Sequence record: MT150133.1
Source: Enterobacteria phage vB_EcoM_IME540
Length of the DNA: 64,000 nt
Reading direction: 5' to 3' (one strand)
Shown one piece after another: positions 15,375-21,482 of this stretch. The notes below the pieces were generated by a model. The model had not been told where the DNA came from. It ran no database searches and saw only the letters and a program-made list of their open reading frames with translations. Within the stretch, counting starts at the first letter, position 1, and each line of letters starts with the position of its first letter. The position numbers were made by a program, and so were the translations under genes.

Positions 15375-15665
15375 TTAGCACATTGCCGAAGAGGAGACCC
15401 AAGCACCAACTGTAACGACACCGTTTTCAACTTCACCGCCATTGTTTTCAATTTCATCTTTAAACCATTGGGAGCATTCATAACCGACAGGATAATATGT
15501 ACGGCCTGAACCATAACCACCGGTACTGAATTCAATACCATATTCATCTGCGATTTCTTCACATTTGGATTCGATGGTGCCTACTTTACCCAGCAGGTCA
15601 TAGATAGCCTTTTCTGCGGACAGCGCGCTGTTGTATTCAGGGATTTCAATTTCAATTTTATTCAT
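15375..15665 (-). CDS. C-terminal-Cys paralogue 4 (96 aa)
   Basis: ATGA overlap with the upstream gene. ...AEKAIYDLLGKV...GGYGSGRTYYPVG...VGAWVSSSAMC-stop. Confidence 0.6.
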   Translation of the reverse strand: MNKIEIEIPEYNSALSAEKAIYDLLGKVGTIESKCEEIADEYGIEFSTGGYGSGRTYYPVGYECSQWFKDEIENNGGEVENGVVTVGAWVSSSAMC

Positions 15666-16015
15666 GATTTACATTCCTTAATAAAGGTTTCAAGGTCATT
15701 ACGTTTAGTTTGTTTTACATACTCATTATAATTAACCATAGCTAAAGCATATCTCTTTTTACGCGGCTTGTTTATTTTATTAGTTTGGGCAATATCAAAG
15801 ACCCATGGGATAAAAAATCCTATTAAAGCCGGAACCCAAATCCATGCAAGGCTCATATCTTCAAACGGATGGCGAGGCATACCATTAATAATCCCACCGA
15901 CAAGAAATCCAATTATCCCTGCAGTCATACTAGTAGCAATGCCGAGGAATAAGGAAATAGCTATATCATAATCTGCTAATGCGTAACCAGGGTCGGTTTT
16001 ACTAGGCTTATGCAT
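15662..16015 (-). CDS. membrane protein (117 aa, about 3 TM helices)
   Basis: Trimmed to ATG 16015 (MHKPSKTDPG...). Hydrophobic segments IAISLFLGIATSMTAGIIGFLVGGII and LAWIWVPALIGFFIPWVF. Tail KRNDLETFIKECKS. Confidence 0.6.
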   Translation of the reverse strand: MHKPSKTDPGYALADYDIAISLFLGIATSMTAGIIGFLVGGIINGMPRHPFEDMSLAWIWVPALIGFFIPWVFDIAQTNKINKPRKKRYALAMVNYNEYVKQTKRNDLETFIKECKS

Positions 16016-16544
16016 TTTGAACCTCTTTAGCGTATTCGCGACATTCAGTAATAAAACGATTAAGTTTACGTTGTTGTTTACGAATCTCTGATGTATACTC
16101 ATTGGCTAAAATAATAAGCTCATCTTTATCGTAATTTTTAATATCCGAATAACTCGGGCGGCGGTCGACCATACCAAAGTGGTCACCATTTTCTAACATC
16201 AAATAGCATACTAAATGGTAATCATCGTCGGCATCAACAAGCTGTTTATAATCGCTTGGTTCATTTAAAGAGTATACTGAATAGCGTAGCCCAGCGAATT
16301 CCACTCGTTGAATAGCCAGATTTACGTCAATAATTTCTAAAGCATCTGCAAAAGAAAGGTCCTCAGCTAAAGCAAAGATAAAGGGTAATTTGGTAGTATG
16401 CCCACGGCTAGATGTTCTGCTTAAGAAATCGTTTGAATAACCTAGGTCTTGGCGAATTCTATAAAGAACTGCATTAGTTTCATGTGAAAGACCACTATGT
16501 TTAAACCAATCAATATTTGATATCAGGTCGTCGTATAAACTCAT
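16008..16544 (-). CDS. hypothetical protein (178 aa)
   Basis: Track ORF with GGAGGAGAGGAG SD. The C-terminal region contains RKLNRFITECREY. Confidence 0.6.
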   Translation of the reverse strand: MSLYDDLISNIDWFKHSGLSHETNAVLYRIRQDLGYSNDFLSRTSSRGHTTKLPFIFALAEDLSFADALEIIDVNLAIQRVEFAGLRYSVYSLNEPSDYKQLVDADDDYHLVCYLMLENGDHFGMVDRRPSYSDIKNYDKDELIILANEYTSEIRKQQRKLNRFITECREYAKEVQNA

Positions 16545-16567
16545 AATATTCTCCTCTCCTCCAAATA

Positions 16568-16585
16568 GGGAGACCGAAGTCTCCC
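16568..16585 (-). promoter_or_regulatory. intergenic hairpin GGGAGAC-TTCG-GTCTCCC
   Basis: Perfect 7-bp stem with a TTCG loop between ORFs 16593-17186 and 16008-16544. The same 18-mer forms the gene 23 terminator at 56603-56620. Confidence 0.55.
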
Positions 16586-16592
16586 GGTAACA

Positions 16593-17186
16593 TTACTTAA
16601 GTGAATTAATGTAGTCTTCGATATCAGCAGAAGTCGTATCCATTCCAACTTGCGGGCCTTTAAACGTTTCTACGCGCATCAGGGTGTCTTCGATATCAAT
16701 CTTGGTCAGTGCAGCAATTTCAACAACATCGTCGGCAGTAGCAATACCAAGGGCAGCCATATTACGAGTTTCACGGATGTACTCGAGCTTAACAGCCAGT
16801 TCCTGACGAGAGTCATCAAGTTCCTTAACCTTCAGTTTAATTTCATTACGCATTTCGATATAATCATCGGCTTTCTTACGAAGCTGAGTAGCTGTACGAC
16901 GATAAAGGAGACCGAGTTTAGCATGTACCTGGACATCAGAGCCTTCGGCAATCAGTTTACGAATTTCACGTTCTTTAGAAGCAGCGAGCTGGTCTTTTTC
17001 ATTAGCCAAAGCACGAATACGTTTTTCTTCATTCACAGACTTAACATGAGCAGTCTGGAGTTCAGTGATTTTATCAATCAGAGTAGAAGCAGCTTTGGTG
17101 TATTGGTCTTCGATTGACAGGTTCTGAGCCATTGCGGTGCCCAGTTTAGAACGAATGAATTCAACGATTTTCTTTAAAGTGTTCAT
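16593..17186 (-). CDS. coiled-coil protein, PspA/IM30-like (197 aa)
   Basis: Trimmed to ATG 17186 (AAGGAA SD), because the track 5' extension covers promoter 17230-17259. Long heptad-rich helices; the layout (IEDQ..., [17 protein letters not shown]..., [28 protein letters not shown]) resembles PspA. Pattern-level call only. Confidence 0.4.
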   Translation of the reverse strand: MNTLKKIVEFIRSKLGTAMAQNLSIEDQYTKAASTLIDKITELQTAHVKSVNEEKRIRALANEKDQLAASKEREIRKLIAEGSDVQVHAKLGLLYRRTATQLRKKADDYIEMRNEIKLKVKELDDSRQELAVKLEYIRETRNMAALGIATADDVVEIAALTKIDIEDTLMRVETFKGPQVGMDTTSADIEDYINSLK

Positions 17187-17229
17187 AGTATTTCCTTCAG
17201 TTGGTTGATATTTTGTAATCCATGAGGAC

Positions 17230-17259
17230 ATTATACCCTGTCCTCTGAGGTTTGTAAAC
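17230..17259 (-). promoter_or_regulatory. early promoter (GTTTAC -18 nt- TATAAT) with inverted repeat around the -10
   Basis: Minus strand GTTTACAAACCTCAGAGGACAGGGTATAATGTCCTC. The arms GAGGAC/GTCCTC bracket the -10. Confidence 0.7.
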
Positions 17260-17262
17260 ATT

Positions 17263-17661
17263 TTATTTCATTTTTGCGAGGCAGATTTCATTGGCTTCCC
17301 ATTGAGCTTGCTTAATAATAGCTTTGGATACAGGAGCCCTTTGCCCATAAGTTTTTGACGTTGAGAGAACAATACATTTGTTTGCTTCATTATGCCAGCC
17401 CCATGATTTTTCGCCATGAGTACCTTTAACTACAGCTGACACCTCAACAGAGCAACCGCCATCAGAAATCTTGGTTTCGACAACCCATTCATTTCTCTCA
17501 GCAGCTTCAATTTCTAATCTAGTTTTTTCTTCATACATCGCGGCCCAATCAGTTTTTGCCAAGTTGAAAGTAAGAGCTTTCTCTAATTCTTTGGCATATT
17601 TTTGTTGTTCAGGTGTTAATGAATTATACAACTCTTGCATTTCTTTATCTTCGATATTCAT
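17263..17661 (-). CDS. hypothetical protein (132 aa)
   Basis: Track ORF with GAGGAG SD, behind promoter 17687-17716. Confidence 0.6.
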   Translation of the reverse strand: MNIEDKEMQELYNSLTPEQQKYAKELEKALTFNLAKTDWAAMYEEKTRLEIEAAERNEWVVETKISDGGCSVEVSAVVKGTHGEKSWGWHNEANKCIVLSTSKTYGQRAPVSKAIIKQAQWEANEICLAKMK

Positions 17662-17686
17662 TATGTTCTCCTCAAATTATGGGCTC

Positions 17687-17716
17687 ATAATATCTTAATC
17701 ATGAGCCCATGTAAAC
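17687..17716 (-). promoter_or_regulatory. early promoter (GTTTAC -18 nt- TATTAT) with 10-bp inverted repeat
   Basis: Minus strand GTTTAC-ATGGGCTCAT-GATTAAGATATT-ATGAGCCCAT. Arms lie at 17679-17688 and 17701-17710. Confidence 0.65.
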
Positions 17717-17719
17717 GTT

Positions 17720-17983
17720 TTATTTCATATTATTGAAATAATTTTCTGCATCAAAATCATTACCATGGTAAACTTTGGTAGACGATTTGGCGTAACCTTC
17801 AGCTGAGAACATATTAATCACAACTTTAATTGTATACCACTGTCCATCTTCATTACCCATTACTGCATAGGTTTCATACACCGGGTGTTCAGGACCGATA
17901 ACCTTAATATCGTTAACTGTGGCACCAAATTCTTCCGGAACGCATTTCATAAAGAAATTAAACACTTCACCATAATTATCCAT
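17720..17983 (-). CDS. hypothetical protein (87 aa)
   Basis: Track ORF starts at a GTG; trimmed to ATG 17983, which is preceded by GGAGAGTAAA. Confidence 0.55.
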   Translation of the reverse strand: MDNYGEVFNFFMKCVPEEFGATVNDIKVIGPEHPVYETYAVMGNEDGQWYTIKVVINMFSAEGYAKSSTKVYHGNDFDAENYFNNMK

Positions 17984-18018
17984 TTTACTCTCCTTCACTC
18001 TGTTGTTTTGATAGGTCT

Positions 18019-18047
18019 ATAGTATCATGTTTAAAGGAGGTGTAAAC
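18019..18047 (-). promoter_or_regulatory. early promoter (GTTTAC -17 nt- TGATACTAT)
   Basis: Conserved 15-mer present. The spacer CCTCCTT is complementary to the downstream SD AAGGAG. Confidence 0.7.
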
Positions 18048-18068
18048 ATCTTTTTTAAACTTTTAGAA

Positions 18069-18098
18069 ACAAAAAAGGCCCAACCTTTCGGAAGGGCC
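18069..18098 (-). terminator. rho-independent terminator (copy 1 of a 30-nt direct repeat)
   Basis: Minus strand GGCCCTTCC-GAAA-GGTTGGGCC followed by TTTTTTG, after the stop of ORF 18104-18658. Identical 30-mer at 18692-18721. Confidence 0.75.
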
Positions 18099-18103
18099 GT
18101 GAA

Positions 18104-18658
18104 TCAGTTCTTGTAGAACCGGAACGGGTTTATGTGGAAGGCTAACATAGCCTTAGGGATTTTACGAGACAAAAGACTCTTAAGTTTCCAACCACAGTAC
18201 ACGCGAAGGTAAAAGGTAATTCCACCTACTTTAAGATACGGAACCGAAGCAAAGACTCCCCATGCTTCATCATTCCACATCCATAACCAACCATGGTGAG
18301 CTTTATCAGGAGAACCAGATTCTACATCAGGATTACCGCGATAATGGAATTCTGAACTACAATCACGTCCTAGTTTATGATAAGCAAAGTTATAAGCTTT
18401 ATTTCGCCATAGCCAAGCTACTCTCTGGAGGTAAACACCACCAGGCATTTTCCTGATTTTAGCCCAACGTTTAATATGACCTTTGTCGCCATCAATTGGA
18501 TTATCGTATGTCATCATCCAATCAAAGCCATAAGGCAATTTACCGGTCTTTTTATTGTAGAAAGGAACTACAAAAGGCGCAAGGATAACGGCTAGAACCA
18601 TAGAGATAAAATCCAGCGGGACCAACAGAATCCAACTCAAATATTTTAAAAGTTTCAT
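18104..18658 (-). CDS. membrane-anchored protein (184 aa), apparently late-expressed
   Basis: N-terminal TM helix LSWILLVPLDFISMVLAVILAPFVVPF and a Trp/aromatic-rich body. Preceded by TATAAATA and flanked by identical terminators. Confidence 0.6.
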   Translation of the reverse strand: MKLLKYLSWILLVPLDFISMVLAVILAPFVVPFYNKKTGKLPYGFDWMMTYDNPIDGDKGHIKRWAKIRKMPGGVYLQRVAWLWRNKAYNFAYHKLGRDCSSEFHYRGNPDVESGSPDKAHHGWLWMWNDEAWGVFASVPYLKVGGITFYLRVYCGWKLKSLLSRKIPKAMLAFHINPFRFYKN

Positions 18659-18684
18659 ATTATTTCCTAAGTTAGTTTACTACA

Positions 18685-18692
18685 TATTTATA
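18685..18692 (-). promoter_or_regulatory. late promoter TATAAATA
   Basis: Exact motif on the minus strand, intergenic, 27 nt upstream of ATG 18658. Confidence 0.55.
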
Positions 18693-18721
18693 CAAAAAAG
18701 GCCCAACCTTTCGGAAGGGCC
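18692..18721 (-). terminator. rho-independent terminator (copy 2 of a 30-nt direct repeat)
   Basis: Same 30-mer acaaaaaaggcccaacctttcggaagggcc (plus-strand text). Ends the tRNA-Arg/noncoding transcript. Confidence 0.75.
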
Positions 18722-18952
18722 TTTAACCTAGGGTAACCTTGTCGGGGTTCCACCTGCTAGGCAAGTGTTCGGTGCGCCGTTTCAGCTGTGATAGTAAAGA
18801 GCCAGAACACAGTAAAACTGTGGGAGGAACTATACTCCAGGGAACATCAGTCCGACGACTTACCGGTAGCGACCCGGTTTCTTGTTTGGTGCGCCGGTGA
18901 ATGCTGGTAATCAGTCTTCATACGACGGCTTGACTATATAATAGTCTTCATT
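18722..18952 (-). ncRNA. candidate stable small RNA(s) downstream of tRNA-Arg (positional analogue of T4 rnaC/rnaD)
   Basis: 231 nt with no credible ORF, relatively GC-rich, between the tRNA-Arg 3' end and a strong terminator. Carries the duplicated motif CGGCGCACC(A/G)AAC, a duplicated ATGAAGACT and several hairpins. Homology not verified. Confidence 0.4.
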
Positions 18953-19027
18953 TGGTATCCCGCCCTGGGATCGAACCAGGACCGCAAACTTAGAAGGATC
19001 GTATGCTATCCATTACACCAGCGGGAC
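18953..19027 (-). tRNA. tRNA-Arg (anticodon UCU), CCA encoded
   Basis: GTCCCGCTGGTGTAATGGATAGCATACGATCCTTCTAAGTTTGCGGTCCTGGTTCGATCCCAGGGCGGGATACCA. The cloverleaf folds by hand: 7-bp acceptor stem, T arm CCTGG-TTCGATC-CCAGG, anticodon loop CTTCTAA. Confidence 0.9.
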
Positions 19028-19032
19028 GTAAT

Positions 19033-19698
19033 TCAAAATTTTATTTTACGGCCTTTATTCCAACCTTCAGGAATAATATCCGTTTTGTTAATACGTTTAG
19101 AAACTTTTTCTTCTAAAGAATGAATCCACATTTTTCCATATCCGGAATTATTTTCACCTTGTTGGTGTTTATTTCTGGCGTGAGATTCTTTCATTTTATT
19201 TTTGGTTTCATCTGAATGGGTCTTACCCAAGAAAGATTTAGTATTTGAAAATTTCTCTCTATACTTAGGATTATCCCAAAGTTGTTTAAACCTTTCCGAA
19301 CCCATTTTACGATATTTTTCTTTAAGGTCTGGGTCGTTCTCAAATCTGGTTTTAAAAGCGGCAACTCCTTTTAAGGAAGCTTCTTTCTTTTTATCTAAAT
19401 ATTCTTCAGTGTTTAAATGGTCCCAACCACCTTCACCACCTAATTTCAAATTATAAACATCAGGGCGCTTTAAAAACTCTTCAGTCACAATATTCTTTTC
19501 TGACTCAAACATAGAGGTTTTATCGTCAAAGAACTCTAATATTTCTTTAGAGAAATTTTCTATACCGTATTTGACCTGGGCCCTTTTTAAGAGTTTACCA
19601 GAACCAAAATATGCATCATTCAAATTTTCGGTTGAATGGGCGCCTATATAGATTTTATTATTAATTTTGTTTGTTATTTTATAAGTGTAATGGAACAT
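19033..19698 (-). CDS. segB: GIY-YIG homing endonuclease, SegB-like
   Basis: 221 aa. MFHYTYKITNKINNKIYIGAHST...FGSGK (GIY-YIG) plus NUMOD-like basic repeats. Sits between tRNA genes, as T4 segB does. Confidence 0.75.
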   Translation of the reverse strand: MFHYTYKITNKINNKIYIGAHSTENLNDAYFGSGKLLKRAQVKYGIENFSKEILEFFDDKTSMFESEKNIVTEEFLKRPDVYNLKLGGEGGWDHLNTEEYLDKKKEASLKGVAAFKTRFENDPDLKEKYRKMGSERFKQLWDNPKYREKFSNTKSFLGKTHSDETKNKMKESHARNKHQQGENNSGYGKMWIHSLEEKVSKRINKTDIIPEGWNKGRKIKF

Positions 19699-19739
19699 AA
19701 ATATCTCCTATTTCTAAGAGTATTTATGTTCTCAAAATA

Positions 19740-19810
19740 TGGCCCTGGGTGGAATCGAACCACCATCCAGCGATTATGAGTCGCTCGCTTGACCGTCCAG
19801 CTACAGGGCC
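19740..19810 (-). tRNA. tRNA with anticodon CAU (elongator Met, or Ile if lysidine-modified)
   Basis: GGCCCTGTAGCTGGACGGTCAAGCGAGCGACTCATAATCGCTGGATGGTGGTTCGATTCCACCCAGGGCC(A). 7-bp acceptor stem, anticodon stem AGCGA/TCGCT with loop CTCATAA, T arm GGTGG-TTCGATT-CCACC. CCA not encoded. Confidence 0.85.
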
Positions 19811-19815
19811 TTAAA

Positions 19816-20082
19816 TCAAACTACAAATCCAGCAGGAGCATTATCATCTTTAGCCATGTGCTGAATTGTATGATAAGTCATTTCTTCAGGAGCAACCAGA
19901 TAAGCCGCAGCGTTAACTAGTGGAATTATTTTTGGTTTAGCGAATGTGCTATCGGCAATTGCCATAAAGGGCTCGCCATCAGTCTCAACTTCGCCAAATT
20001 GACATTCATATGAAATAGAACAACGTTTGGTAGTTGTTGTCTTGGTTTCTGGGTCGTAAAAAGCTAATTTTAATACTAACAT
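19816..20082 (-). CDS. hypothetical protein (88 aa)
   Basis: Track ORF starts at a GTG; trimmed to ATG 20082 (GAGG SD). Ends 5 nt before the tRNA. Confidence 0.55.
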   Translation of the reverse strand: MLVLKLAFYDPETKTTTTKRCSISYECQFGEVETDGEPFMAIADSTFAKPKIIPLVNAAAYLVAPEEMTYHTIQHMAKDDNAPAGFVV

Positions 20083-20194
20083 AAACACCTCAAATAAAAT
20101 TAAGTAAAGTAAGTTTGATTAATAGACCTTGTCTATTATGAAAGGTTCTTTGAGGGAAGAACCTTTGGTAATAGAGGGTATTAATGATAGAGTA

Positions 20195-20219
20195 ATAATA
20201 ACACATTACTCTTAAAGCA
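20195..20219 (-). promoter_or_regulatory. middle (MotA-dependent) promoter: MotA box TGCTTTA -12 nt- TATTAT
   Basis: Minus strand ATATGCTTTAAGAGTAATGTGTTATTAT in the intergenic gap upstream of ORF 19816-20082 and the tRNA cluster. Confidence 0.6.
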
Positions 20220-20256
20220 TATTACTATTTTTAGGAATAGTCTGGTCAAATTTGAT

Positions 20257-20547
20257 TCATTGTGGCCACATATTAATGTAATCAAGTTTAATAGAAGCAA
20301 TCTTCAAAGGATTTTTAAAGATGTCGTATTCGATCAATCCGTTTTCAGTTGCGGTGTAGAAAGTAAAGTTAACAGAATTATAACGGCGACCATTAACTTT
20401 TAGTTTAACGTCGCTTGAACTACGACCAATATTAACCTGTTGGACATCAAGCACAGCACCTTTGCCAAAGTTGCGAATCAGTAGCTCTGCTGCAACCTGG
20501 TCTGAATTATAGCCATTCTCTGGATTAGTAACCTTAACGTATAGCAT
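20257..20547 (-). CDS. hypothetical protein (96 aa)
   Basis: Track ORF, abutting ORF 20548-20955. Confidence 0.55.
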   Translation of the reverse strand: MLYVKVTNPENGYNSDQVAAELLIRNFGKGAVLDVQQVNIGRSSSDVKLKVNGRRYNSVNFTFYTATENGLIEYDIFKNPLKIASIKLDYINMWPQ

Positions 20548-20955
20548 TTAACCCTCGTCTACAATAGTATGGGTATTAGCATTAACAATCTGCCACCAGT
20601 CACAGTCAAAACGATTAGAACCGTAACGAGGCTTTTTCTCATTTTCGTTAATAATATCACGTAGTTCGTCTTCAGAAAATGCTTTAGCGATTAAATCGGT
20701 ATAGCCGCCACGTGGATAATAGTTATCACCTGCGAACAGAAGGAAATTTACTTTACCAGAAGGAACATATGCTTCCTTAGGATACTTGTTTCCTGCTTGG
20801 TCTACCACTTCAATATAACGGTAAGGAATATCGGTACTTTCAACCCATTGCCAAGCTGCAGCAGGGGATTCAAAAGCATCTACACCTAAACGGTTATCTT
20901 CATCTTTAGACGGATTATTTTCATAATCCGCATATACATAATATTCAATGTTCAT
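20548..20955 (-). CDS. hypothetical protein (135 aa)
   Basis: Track ORF. No family recognised. Confidence 0.55.
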   Translation of the reverse strand: MNIEYYVYADYENNPSKDEDNRLGVDAFESPAAAWQWVESTDIPYRYIEVVDQAGNKYPKEAYVPSGKVNFLLFAGDNYYPRGGYTDLIAKAFSEDELRDIINENEKKPRYGSNRFDCDWWQIVNANTHTIVDEG

Positions 20956-21140
20956 TATTCACCTTTAGAGATTTTATCCATAACGAAAGAAATTGAACCA
21001 ATTAAGAATGCCACTACTAAAGAGATTATATTCTCGGAAGTTGAAAGCATATCGAGCATGAATCCTGCAAACATACTAAAGCCAAAAGCAGTAACAGCGG
21101 CCAGTGCAGTAACATTTCTAATTAATTCACAAGGTTTCAT
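20955..21140 (-). CDS. small membrane protein (61 aa)
   Basis: Trimmed to ATG 21140 (GGAGAATAAA leader identical to the one at 12705). Two hydrophobic helices. Confidence 0.55.
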   Translation of the reverse strand: MKPCELIRNVTALAAVTAFGFSMFAGFMLDMLSTSENIISLVVAFLIGSISFVMDKISKGE

Positions 21141-21176
21141 TTTATTCTCCAATCACTCATTTGTTTTGATAGGGCT

Positions 21177-21206
21177 ATAGTACCATCACTAAAGCCCGTT
21201 GTAAAC
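21177..21206 (-). promoter_or_regulatory. early promoter (GTTTAC -18 nt- TGGTACTAT), variant 15-mer
   Basis: Minus strand GTTTACAACGGGCTTTAGTGATGGTACTATAGCCCTATCAAAAC. Short inverted repeat GGGCT/AGCCC. Confidence 0.6.
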
Positions 21207-21208
21207 AA

Positions 21209-21481
21209 TTATTTTAAATAAATTGCATATTTTTTATAACCAGCCGTCTCGTGGCGCAGCCCTTTTTCATTAGCAAAACGTTCAATATTGTTAATTTGAT
21301 TCTGGTCGAGTTCTGAAGTATCAAATACAAAAAAGTTTCGCTTATTGCCTAAAGTTACGTGATTAGTCAAATCGATGTTATAGAGATGATTTATATTATC
21401 AATCATGGTCTTAACAGATTTGTTAATTTTTACTTCTTCATTAAGAATAGATTCAGCGATAAATTCTTGGTATGATTTCAT
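21209..21481 (-). CDS. internal head protein (IP) with capsid-targeting sequence
   Basis: MKSYQEFIAE|SIL... 90 aa. Starts 1 nt after the stop of the upstream IP gene. Confidence 0.7.
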   Translation of the reverse strand: MKSYQEFIAESILNEEVKINKSVKTMIDNINHLYNIDLTNHVTLGNKRNFFVFDTSELDQNQINNIERFANEKGLRHETAGYKKYAIYLK

Positions 21482-21482
21482 T

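Noticed and set aside
18722-18952. Additional tRNA gene(s) downstream of tRNA-Arg
   Set aside because: I tried to fold the two ...GGCGCACC(A/G)... ends as acceptor stems. No complementary 5' strand, T-loop (GTTCRA) or anticodon arm could be found. The interval is kept only as a candidate non-tRNA stable RNA.
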